Positions 14,961 to 24,100 of a stretch of DNA of 38,485 nt are shown in pieces. The notes beneath the pieces were generated by a model, which worked only from the letters and a program-made list of their open reading frames with translations, was not told where the DNA came from and searched no databases. Made by a program: the position numbers and the translations under genes. Each line of letters opens with the position of its first letter. Positions within the stretch are counted from its first letter, which is position 1. The DNA is from a virus. Location: the IMG/VR virus record IMGVR_UViG_3300045988_113345, positions 1 to 38,485 of that record; one strand, 5' to 3'.

Positions 14961-15179
14961 GTGAGAATCAATATGAAAAACCCGAAAAACTACTTTGAAA
15001 AGAATGGATTTATCTACGGCGATAGCTACAAGTACAGCTTTGGCGAATGGGAACACAGAGTGCAGAAGTTTGATTCCTACGAGGACGCTGAAAAGTGGTT
15101 GTATACAGAGGAATACGATTTTCGCACACGGGAACTGATTTCCAAGACCGAAGCAAGAAAGTACGGTTGCAACGAATAA
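14961..15179 (+). CDS. Hypothetical small protein (68-72 aa)
   Basis: ORF with GTG 14961 or ATG 14973 as start, GGGGAGAAAG upstream. Rich in aromatic and acidic residues (YEDAEKWLYTEEYDF). Confidence 0.55.
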   Translation: MRINMKNPKNYFEKNGFIYGDSYKYSFGEWEHRVQKFDSYEDAEKWLYTEEYDFRTRELISKTEARKYGCNE

Positions 15180-15263
15180 TCATTGTAATAAAAATCGGCA
15201 CACTGAAACGGGGAGAAATCCCCGTAAAGTGTGCATAATCTGTTATAAAAAGGAAGAATATTG

Positions 15264-15590
15264 ATGAAAAAAATTGAATTTGATATGTTTATACGCCTTT
15301 ACGGTGAAGCTAAAAGCTACAATAATCTTGATATGTACATCATGGAACGAGGCTGGCAGGAATGGATGAACGACTTAGAACCTGGCACTGTTGCGGAAGT
15401 CCTAAAAAACATCTACAGCATTGCAAAAGACGGATTTCCGGAGCTTTTAAACCATTATGAAACACTCCGGAAAGTGTCTAATAGATTTGGAATACCATAC
15501 AGCACCTTGCAGCGTTGGAAATCCGGAATAACAGATGTTCCGGAATACATATTGCTCATGATGGCATATATTACAATTATTAACCAATAA
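15264..15590 (+). CDS. 108-aa protein with C-terminal HTH-like segment (Aca-like regulator candidate)
   Basis: ATG 15264, SD AAGGAAG 7 nt upstream. C-terminal LRKVSNRFGIPYSTLQRWKSGITDVPEYILLMM resembles the IP.rT...W..G...P..Y HTH seen in Firmicutes mobile elements. Confidence 0.6.
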   Translation: MKKIEFDMFIRLYGEAKSYNNLDMYIMERGWQEWMNDLEPGTVAEVLKNIYSIAKDGFPELLNHYETLRKVSNRFGIPYSTLQRWKSGITDVPEYILLMMAYITIINQ

Positions 15591-15610
15591 TTTTGTATAT
15601 TTGCACAAAC

Positions 15611-15645
15611 CGCTTGGCAGTTTAACCGCTGCCAGGCGTTTTTTT
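15611..15645 (+). terminator. Intrinsic terminator of the plus-strand cassette
   Basis: CGCTTGGCAG / CTGCCAGGCG 10-bp stem (one G-U), 8-nt loop, T7. The T-run abuts the holin stop codon. Confidence 0.8.
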
Positions 15646-16054
15646 ATTTGTCCTTTTTTTGCAGCAAATCAATCGCTTTTCGGAGTGGTTCAGGGAACTG
15701 TACACCCATCAAACCCACGTTTTCAACCATTGAAATCAATTCATTTACCATAAATGCGATACAAACGCCATCTCTTACATATGACGTATGCAGGACAGCG
15801 TCCACCTGCACGGCAACCACAACAAGTGCAAGCGTTGCAACCTTACGGCACAAACCTTTCCAGCCGACTTTAGATTGTAAGCCGCCTGATTCTGTTTTCG
15901 GGGACTTTTTGAAAATCCCTGCACAAGCTAACCCCATCAGGTAATCAATCGCCATAAAAACCAGTAAGGCTCTGATTGCTGCATCCCAGCCGCCAAACAG
16001 CCCCGCAATCAGACCGCCGGCCGTTCCGGCTGCTGCACAAATCCATTCTTTCAT
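15644..16054 (-). CDS. Holin (Phage_holin_4_1 / LL-H type)
   Basis: 136 aa. LFGGWDAAIRALLVFMAIDYLMGLACAGIFKKS...GGLQSKVGWKGLCRKVATLALVVVAVQVD matches the family signature, with multiple transmembrane segments. Confidence 0.85.
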   Translation of the reverse strand: MKEWICAAAGTAGGLIAGLFGGWDAAIRALLVFMAIDYLMGLACAGIFKKSPKTESGGLQSKVGWKGLCRKVATLALVVVAVQVDAVLHTSYVRDGVCIAFMVNELISMVENVGLMGVQFPEPLRKAIDLLQKKDK

Positions 16055-16263
16055 TCAGCCGCCTCCTCTTCACTATCACCGTCGATGCTGACGTCCGGCT
16101 CTTCTTCTGTTTCTTCCACCGGCGGCTCTCCATCTGGCGTAATTGTGACCGGCACATCTTCCAAATCTTTGCCGCCGCCTAAAAACTCCTGCAACGACAT
16201 CAAAACGCTATCATCATCGCCAAGTTTCATGCTAGGCTGATAATCCGCATATTTTATGTACAT
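16051..16263 (-). CDS. Small acidic protein between tail fibre and holin
   Basis: 70 aa from ATG 16263 (SD AAAGGAGGG). ATGA overlap with the holin start. C-terminus is Glu/Asp/Pro-rich. Confidence 0.55.
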   Translation of the reverse strand: MYIKYADYQPSMKLGDDDSVLMSLQEFLGGGKDLEDVPVTITPDGEPPVEETEEEPDVSIDGDSEEEAAE

Positions 16264-16265
16264 AT

Positions 16266-18725
16266 TTATCCCTCCTTTGTAAGACCCGATACTGTCCAAC
16301 CGTTTGTAACCAATGTTGCAACAGCATTATCGGATGCAGCCGTTCTTTTCATTCCGGTTGCTGTAAACGTACCTGATTTGACGCCACTTGCTGCAAAATT
16401 TATCAAATTTGCGTCCATATCGGCTGACGTGACAGCCGTTTTTGACACAGAAACTGTTTTTGGATATTTTGTCCCAGAGTAAACGCCTGTAATGCTTGAA
16501 CAGCCGTTTAAGTTGAGCACGCTTGCAATCTTACCACCTAAATCGGATAAATCTCCTGTAATGTTTGTGCAGCCGCCCAAACGCAGCGTGCTTGTAATTT
16601 TACCGCCTAAATCAGACAAATCCATCTTGTTTGTAGTATCGTTTATGATTGATAAGGCTGTAATACTGTCAAAATCCATGCAAATCAGCCCGTTATCTGA
16701 TTTTACATCAAACGTGCAGTTGCTCCCTTGTGCTTTCTGCCCGCCGTACTGCCACACAACATTTGTACCAGTTGCGGTTGCAGTAAATGTTCCTTTTCCA
16801 TGTCGGAATTGGATACTGCCTGACAGTGGCAAGACCTGCCGCCCATTTACAAATACCATGCCATTATTTGCATTCGTGTAAGGGAAATTACTTTCGTTAC
16901 TCTGTGTAATCCGAACCATACTATTTGCACCAGAATAAATGCCTTTTGTAGTACTATTGGTACAGCTGTAAATTTTTGCGTCACCTTGTCCGGTTACATA
17001 AACAGCATACTGTGCATTGCCTTTAAATTCCGTACCAGAACAGCAAATGTTCGATATATCAGAGACACCAACTGCATTTTTAGAGTTGGCATTCACCACA
17101 CAATCAGAAATCCGAACCGTTCCATTATACTGTGCAAGGATTGCGGTTGTGGATGTGTTTGCAGTATCGCTGTCGGTGTTGTCAATGGTGACTTTGGACA
17201 GATGCAAAAATCCATTTTCACAGACAAAATTCCCTTGAATGGTTGTTGTCGCTGCGGCATTGCCATAAATCCGAACATCTCGACCAAGCAGGGTTAATGT
17301 TTTGTTTGGAATAAGATAAGTTCCAGCCGCCAAATAGATTATGGCTTTTTTTGCGTATTGTGTAAACCGTAAAGCCATTCCGAGTGTTTGCAGGGCTTTT
17401 GCTGTGGTGCTGCCGTCTTGTGCGTCTGATCCAGCAGTAGCATTAACGTAAACTGCTTTAGTACTGCAAGTATCATCAAAGTTGGAATGTAGCACAGTCA
17501 ACTCACCAATGACATTTTGTAAAGATTGAATGTGCTGCAAGTCGGCTGGCGAAAGGCTGTTTAAAACTGCCATGTTGTTATGAGAATGATGTGTGTTTTT
17601 GATTACGTTCCACTTTGTAGCGTCAATATCGTCAAGTACGCTCTTGTTATCGTGCGTGTGTGCAGAGGCTTTCAGTGTATCCACATCCGGTGACAAATCT
17701 GGCACAAACAACCCGTCCGGCACAATATTCAGAGCGTTGTGAGATACCGTGCTGATGGACGGCAATACCTGCCATGTTTGCTTGCCATATACAGTTACCA
17801 GTTTTGCGGTGCAATACATTGCATGTGCACTGCCGTCCCATCCGGGTGTATAATCGCCCCACAGTGTAGCCTCTGCGTTTGTGCCGTTTTTGACGGTCGC
17901 TGTGGTTGTGCCGTTTTTGTCGGTGATTGTAATGGTTGCTCCAGCGTCCGTTTCGGTAACTGTAGCAATCGGGGAATAGCCGTTCATGCCGTCTTTTCCA
18001 TTGATTCCGTTTGCTCCATCCTTACCGTTTACGCCGTCTTTGCCAGGTGTTCCAGCGTCGCCTTTTTCACCTTTTTCGCCACGTTCTCCCTTTTCACCGG
18101 GTGCTCCAGGCTCGCCCTGGTCACCTTTTTCACCTTTTGCTCCAGGCTTTCCTTGCTTTCCAGGGTCACCTTTTTCCCCAGTTTCTCCCTTGTCGCCTTT
18201 ATCTCCCTTTGCAGGCTGCTCGGAATCCTGATAAGCACCCGTTGCAGCGTCGTACAACCACCACGTGCCGTTCTGGATAATCGGAGCTTTTGCGATCAGC
18301 TGCTCCGCCTGTGCAAGAATGGACTGCATCTCACGCAGGGCTTTGTCAATTGCATCAATACCGCCGTGGTACTGCTCCAAGATAGAGCCACGAACGATCA
18401 TTGGGGTCATTTCGTACTTGATAACGACAGTGTCATCCTTTTGACCGACAATTTCTGGCAGCAACTCACCGGACACCGCTGTAAAGTCCTCTGTAATCGT
18501 CCATGTTAAGATAATCTGGCTTTCCGTGACTTCTTTTTCCAGGTTCTGCATAACGAGACCACCGCCGCTGTTGACAGCTCGCAGCGTAAACAGGCAATCA
18601 GATAAATCAGTCTGATGGTAGTATCGGTCAACGGCAATCTGGATTTTATCGGCGTTTTTTTCGCCGGCAATGAGCAGATGCTTGATGTTTGCCGTGTCGA
18701 TGTATTTTTGATTTGCTGTTAGCAT
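16266..18725 (-). CDS. Tail fibre / receptor-binding protein: BppU-like N-terminus, collagen-like stalk, beta-helix, LRR-like C-terminal repeats
   Basis: 819 aa from ATG 18725 (SD AAGGGAGA). 25 G-X-Y triplets. A Thr/Asn/Gly-rich repetitive segment (…VRISDCVVNANSKNAVGVSD…AVYVTGQGDAKIYSC…). Two 23-aa DLSDLGGKI...GC..ITG units. Confidence 0.8.
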   Translation of the reverse strand: MLTANQKYIDTANIKHLLIAGEKNADKIQIAVDRYYHQTDLSDCLFTLRAVNSGGGLVMQNLEKEVTESQIILTWTITEDFTAVSGELLPEIVGQKDDTVVIKYEMTPMIVRGSILEQYHGGIDAIDKALREMQSILAQAEQLIAKAPIIQNGTWWLYDAATGAYQDSEQPAKGDKGDKGETGEKGDPGKQGKPGAKGEKGDQGEPGAPGEKGERGEKGEKGDAGTPGKDGVNGKDGANGINGKDGMNGYSPIATVTETDAGATITITDKNGTTTATVKNGTNAEATLWGDYTPGWDGSAHAMYCTAKLVTVYGKQTWQVLPSISTVSHNALNIVPDGLFVPDLSPDVDTLKASAHTHDNKSVLDDIDATKWNVIKNTHHSHNNMAVLNSLSPADLQHIQSLQNVIGELTVLHSNFDDTCSTKAVYVNATAGSDAQDGSTTAKALQTLGMALRFTQYAKKAIIYLAAGTYLIPNKTLTLLGRDVRIYGNAAATTTIQGNFVCENGFLHLSKVTIDNTDSDTANTSTTAILAQYNGTVRISDCVVNANSKNAVGVSDISNICCSGTEFKGNAQYAVYVTGQGDAKIYSCTNSTTKGIYSGANSMVRITQSNESNFPYTNANNGMVFVNGRQVLPLSGSIQFRHGKGTFTATATGTNVVWQYGGQKAQGSNCTFDVKSDNGLICMDFDSITALSIINDTTNKMDLSDLGGKITSTLRLGGCTNITGDLSDLGGKIASVLNLNGCSSITGVYSGTKYPKTVSVSKTAVTSADMDANLINFAASGVKSGTFTATGMKRTAASDNAVATLVTNGWTVSGLTKEG
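16485..16622. repeat. Tandem 69-bp duplication encoding two 23-aa LRR-like units
   Basis: DLSDLGGKITSTLRLGGCTNITG / DLSDLGGKIASVLNLNGCSSITG. The DNA copies are clearly alignable (…ACC(A/G)CCTAAATC(G/A)GA(T/C)AAATC). Confidence 0.8.
17979..18206. repeat. Collagen-like G-X-Y coding repeat (25 triplets)
   Basis: GDKGDKGETGEKGDPGKQGKPGAKGEKGDQGEPGAPGEKGERGEKGEKGDAGTPGKDGVNGKDGANGINGKDGMNG. Confidence 0.9.
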
Positions 18726-18738
18726 GGTATCATCTCCC

Positions 18739-20274
18739 TTACAAGTTATTGATAGCATCCCAGAGGGCATTGATTGCGTTTTTAAATTCTTCGTTTTCAA
18801 CTTTGTTATCTTCTAAATTTTGTATATCTGATACATTCTTGTCAGCATAATTCCAAGCTTCGTCTGCTTTCGCTAAAGCAATTTTTTTAGCACTTGCTGC
18901 CACAATGTCCGCATGGCGTTTGGATGCATTTTCGGAGTTGAATGCCAACGACCGCTTTGCGGCCTGTGCCAGCACTCTGGTGTCTTTCCCGGTGCAGGAA
19001 AACTCCCATCCGCCACGGAACTTCCAGGTCATGTTTGTAATGGTACTTTCTGCCCATTTCCCAGGCTGATATTCGATTTCAATTCGCTGCCCCAACTTAG
19101 GGAAGTGTCCCATGTCATCAAATTTCAGATAGCATTTTAGCTGAAACGGTTTCAGCAGCACATTGTGAAACAGATAATTTGCTGCTGCTTCCACAATCGG
19201 ATATTCGTTTTTGTCGTTTGCGTCCGGAAAGTCTTCTTGATAATTCAAAACCGTTTCCATTCTTCTTCCATCAAAAAAGCAATTGCTGGACAGGTCGATT
19301 TCTACATTTCCCAGCATTGGTTTGTATTTCCTCGCATTTGTCCATCCAGTATCATCATAGGTCTTAAAATAGACCTTTTGAATATAGATGTTATACGATG
19401 CCACATCACAGCTATCTCTTGCAATGGCAGAAAACGGGACACGGATTTTGTCTTTAAAAAAGCCAAATGGGACAAGAGAAAAAGGCACTTGTGAATCATT
19501 GTTCTGATACTGGTCATTTCGCATACAAACAAAGGAACAAGCCGGCTTTGCAAGGGCAGAGATATAATCAATAGCACTGTATCGGGTATTTCTGGATTCT
19601 CCTTCTTCTGATTTTCGCATCAGTGTATAACCGCTGTAGGAATTTCCGAGTTGGGGGTTATTGTTTGGAATGGAATCGATCGGTTCATAAGCGAGCGGTT
19701 TCTCCGCAATCATATTTTGCAGAATGTCATTCGTCCATGTGACAATATCCGTTACAATATCATGTAAAGGATAAACGCCGCCACCACCGCTTTCTCCCTC
19801 ATAACCTTCCAGCTTATCCCGCAGCTTTTTGGATACTTCGCTTTCATCGTCATCAACTTTTCCAGAACCGGACGAAATGGAATTGTTATTTAGCCATACC
19901 AAGGCATCCGATGCCCGAAGCGTGTACAGCGTTTTTTTACGGGATACAGATGTCACCCAGAACATTCCACGGAAAATCCAATCTGACGGCTTAGGCTCTT
20001 TTTGATAGCAGCTGTACAGAATGATTTTTGCACCATACAAGTTATATGCATTGATGCCGTCTTGCTCTAAGTGCAGCTGAATGGACAGTTCCGCCGGGCG
20101 GACGCTGCCAAGGGAAAAGGTGCTGCTGTCACAGGCAGAGGATTTGATGGAACAGCTATTCCGGATAATATCAGAATCGGTAAAAGCAATGTCCGTTGTA
20201 TATCCGGCATAATCGCCGTCATCCAGATAACAGGGAACGGAGAGAATGCCCTTTACATGCTCGTAAATCACCAT
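18739..20274 (-). CDS. Tail-associated protein (Tal / prophage tail endopeptidase-like baseplate hub)
   Basis: 511 aa, SD GGAGGAGGTG. Second gene after the tape measure, which is the conserved Dit-Tal position in siphoviruses. Confidence 0.65.
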   Translation of the reverse strand: MVIYEHVKGILSVPCYLDDGDYAGYTTDIAFTDSDIIRNSCSIKSSACDSSTFSLGSVRPAELSIQLHLEQDGINAYNLYGAKIILYSCYQKEPKPSDWIFRGMFWVTSVSRKKTLYTLRASDALVWLNNNSISSGSGKVDDDESEVSKKLRDKLEGYEGESGGGGVYPLHDIVTDIVTWTNDILQNMIAEKPLAYEPIDSIPNNNPQLGNSYSGYTLMRKSEEGESRNTRYSAIDYISALAKPACSFVCMRNDQYQNNDSQVPFSLVPFGFFKDKIRVPFSAIARDSCDVASYNIYIQKVYFKTYDDTGWTNARKYKPMLGNVEIDLSSNCFFDGRRMETVLNYQEDFPDANDKNEYPIVEAAANYLFHNVLLKPFQLKCYLKFDDMGHFPKLGQRIEIEYQPGKWAESTITNMTWKFRGGWEFSCTGKDTRVLAQAAKRSLAFNSENASKRHADIVAASAKKIALAKADEAWNYADKNVSDIQNLEDNKVENEEFKNAINALWDAINNL

Positions 20275-20277
20275 GGT

Positions 20278-21147
20278 TTACACCTCCTCCAAACTCACCG
20301 AAAACTCATATGCTCCAGTATGCGGCTGTAATCCGTCATCCAGCGGATAAAAATAGCTAACCGAACTCTCACTTTGCATCTGGTACAAAAACGGGTTATT
20401 GTCAAATTTTGGGTTGCGGCTGACAGTTGTAATCTGTAAATCGGACGTTTTGCGGAAATATCCGCATTGCTCTTGACTATCTGATGCAGACTTGTAAAAC
20501 AACAGGATTTCCGGCTGCTGAAAAATCTCTGTCAGAATGTCCAACCCCTGCAAATCCGCCTCAACTTTATACTCTATTTTCCGTTTTCCCAGTCTGACGG
20601 GGTAAGAAATCGTTTTGCCGCTCTCGTTTTGATAGGTGTTGACATCCTCACTGTAGGTTACATCCATTTGCAGGACATTGCGAATCAAATAGTTTTGATA
20701 TACCGTTGTCCATACACGGATTTTTTTGCCGTCATCTCCCTCTGCAAACCATCGGAACTCTTTGCGAGTGCTTTGCTCTACGCAGTATCCTTTGTGGCTG
20801 CTTTTCATTACGATGCTGTCGCCGTTTTGAAACGAACCATAATTGGAATCGGTTTCATCTTCAATCAAGGTGTAAACTGCAGTACAGCCGGCTAAAATTG
20901 CATATCCGTCACGATTTGCGGGCAGTCCATCACCATCCAGCTTGATTTGTGCGTTGTCGGTAAATACGAGGATGTCGTCAGAGCCTTTTTTCAAGGCAAT
21001 TTGCGTTCCAACTCGTTCAATGGTTGCTTGCTGCAGGTTTGGTGGCGTTGCCCAGCTATCGCCATCTGTTACAACTCGCAAATAACAGTGGTCAACACTA
21101 ATAATACCCTCATCTGTCATGGTATCAATTTTTATCACACGCTCCAC
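20278..21147 (-). CDS. Distal tail protein (Dit)
   Basis: 289 aa immediately after the tape measure. Start uncertain (GTG 21147, GTG 21138 or ATG 21120). Confidence 0.65.
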   Translation of the reverse strand: MERVIKIDTMTDEGIISVDHCYLRVVTDGDSWATPPNLQQATIERVGTQIALKKGSDDILVFTDNAQIKLDGDGLPANRDGYAILAGCTAVYTLIEDETDSNYGSFQNGDSIVMKSSHKGYCVEQSTRKEFRWFAEGDDGKKIRVWTTVYQNYLIRNVLQMDVTYSEDVNTYQNESGKTISYPVRLGKRKIEYKVEADLQGLDILTEIFQQPEILLFYKSASDSQEQCGYFRKTSDLQITTVSRNPKFDNNPFLYQMQSESSVSYFYPLDDGLQPHTGAYEFSVSLEEV

Positions 21148-24100
21148 CCCCCACTGCTTGCATTGGCTCTTGTAATGGCGTTTACAACGACCGTTTCAAG
21201 CGTTTCATCGCCAATACTAACGGGGATAATAATATCACGGACGCCCTGATTGTTTTGCGTTGGAGCTGTCTGCTGCTGCATATCTGCCGTTTGTATCTGC
21301 TGATATGCTGGATTATATGCAGATACCGCAGAGCTGCCCTGATTTGACATAATGCCCAGAGTTTGTGGCACAAGAGCCTGTGCAATCTCAGCGGTAATGC
21401 CAACATTCGGCAAAACGTCAGTTGCTGCATTAACGGCAGCTGTAACGCTGTTTTTAGATGCGTCTTGCACAGCTGGCGTACTCTTTTGCAAGCCCGCTGC
21501 TGTGCCTAAGCCTAACATATAACCGACCTCGTCACGCATAATGTGTGACGGAGAATAAATCGCACCGGCTGCTTTTGCTGCATCAATTGCAGCAGTAACG
21601 CCATTGATAGCGGACGTTGCAATTGCTATTGCTGCTGCGTCAATACCATCTGCAATGCCCAATCCTAAATAATAACCTGTATCACTGCAAGTACTATACA
21701 TGTCATTTTGGACGTTTGCCATCGCACTGTTGATAATTGATTTTTCTGCCTCTTCGAGGGCAGACCCGCCTTTTTCCGCTCCAGCTGCCATGTCGGACGT
21801 AAAGTTTACGCCTAAGGAGTCGGCAATCTTTTTAAGGCTTTCGCCGTCGTTTAGACGGTTTTGAATATAAGTGTTTAAAGCAGTGATTTGGTCGTCATGG
21901 CTCATCCCAGCGGCTGCAATGGTATCAACAAAGTTTGTTCCGATTTTTGTGGCGTGCTCGCCTGTGGACGCTTCCGCCTCCACGATTGCTTGATTCCATA
22001 AATATAGTGCGTTTTGTAGTTGCTCGTCTGATACCAATTCCGGACTTTTTTTCTGCGTTTCCAGCAGCGTTTCGTATTGGCTTTGAAAGTCAGATACCTG
22101 TTGTTTCAATTCTTCTCTTGTCCCTGTGGATGCAGTGACAAAATCGGATGATAACTTTGCAAATTCCTCGCCAACCTTGTCAAAATCTCCGTTTAGCAAA
22201 TCTTCCTGCATTCCTTTATATCGGGAGATATATGCAAGAGATGTTTCCAATTCGGCGTTGTTTTTTGCCCGTGCTTCGGTGGTTTCGTCGATTTTTTGGT
22301 TGTATCCATCAAGCTGCGATTTCAATTCCTCGACTCTTTTGGCAACGCTTGCATCAACAACAATATCGCCGTTTTTATCTGTACCAAGCGAGTGGTTTTT
22401 ATAAATCTCATCCAACTCTTTTTGCACATTTTCGGCTTGTCTGCTGGTTTCTTCGAGGCTTTTTGCATACTCCGTCTCGTTATCTAAAAGCTGTTGCTGG
22501 CTGCCTAATGCCTCTTGATAACCTTGCTCTGCAACACTCAACAAATTTTGTGCATGCTGCTTTTCTATGACCTTATCGATGCTATCTGAGATTTGGTCAT
22601 AAGATGCTACAACCTCGCCGTTTTTTTGGATAACTCCGTCAGACACTGTCAACCCTGTATCTGCGTACTGGTTAAGCTGGTCGATGATGTCAGATACTTT
22701 TTGCTCTGCTCCAGCTTTGATTGTACCGTCTGCATTGATTAGCTCACCTAAGGAGTCTTTGAGTTTTACAACGCTCTCATAGTCAAATGACTCCGTTGTA
22801 AAATTGCTGTCCATGCTCTTTTTGATGTTGTCCCAAGAGTCGGCAAACTCGTTGGTTGCATCAATAGATTTTTGCAGCTCTGCAGGAATTTCGGCGGCTT
22901 TGTCTGTAATGCCTTGCAAGTATGCCTGATGTTTGCTGGACATGCTACGCAGTGCAGCCTCCAGCCCTACAAGGGCACTCACGCCGATTGCAATCCATCC
23001 AAGCGGATTGGATGCGTTTAACACCTTAAACGCTGCTTTGATTGTCTTTGCAGTCGTAACCGCAGAGCTACCAAAATCCGTGATTTTTTTCACCGCAAAC
23101 GCTGCCGCAATCGCTGCTGCAATCGGCTTTGCATGCTCTACGATTTCGTCCAGATGTTTCGACACGTAATCAATTGCCTTTTCGATTTTTGGCATGTACT
23201 TTTGCGTGATTGGGACAACAACCTCTGTCTCAATTTGGCGTTTTAATTTCTGAAATTGGCTGTCAAAATCGTTAAATTGATTATCTGCTAGGTCGTCCAT
23301 TGCATCCGATGTGGTGGAGATTTCGCCCTGCGTGTTCATCAGGGCTTGCACAGCACTTTCGCCGATATCTTCCCACTGCGTGCCCATCAATGTCTGTCCC
23401 AGCACATAGCGGTCTTGCTCGTTTTCCACCTGTGACAATGCCATCATGATTTCCTGGATTGCTTCCTGTGCATCAGAGCCGCCAGCAGCGAGTTTTCCCT
23501 TGATTTCATCCAGATTGTAGGTCGTTTCACTGGATGTTTTGTTATACGCTGCCTGTGCCTTTTCGAGGTTGATTTGTGCCTGTTCTGCTCTGTTCAAGGC
23601 TTCCTGGTATTCCGTGCTTGCACTTCCGTTTTTTGCAAGGGTATCGTTGACGTTTTGCTGTGCTTTTTGCAGTTCAACATCCGCTTTGGATACGTCCAGG
23701 GCGGCTTGCTTGAGGGCTGCTGCGTTGGTTGCGGAATCCGAAAAGCCTAATCCTAAAGCCTGTAATGCCTCGTCTGCCGTGCCGTCATTTAAGCGGATGT
23801 TCATTTCTTTGACTGCGTCGCCTAGCTTATCCACTGACCATGTACCGTTTTGCACGCCATTTGCCAGCATATTAAACATATCCTCTGCAGAGTAGCCCAG
23901 ATTGGCAAACTGCACGGAATACTCGTTTAACGTGTCCAGCATGTCGCCGTTTTGGTCAAGCCCCTTTTGTGCCCCCTGTGCAATCAACGTGTAAGCCTCA
24001 TCTGCAGTAATACCAAACGTGCTCATCAGCTGCGTGGCAGCCTGCAGGGAGTCGTTGACCTCATATCCAAATGCATTTTGCAAGGTGTATGCGTCTTCGG

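Noticed and set aside
16266-18725. Diversity-generating retroelement acting on the fibre gene.
   Set aside because: There is no reverse transcriptase ORF and no template repeat matching the fibre 3' end anywhere in the closed genome.
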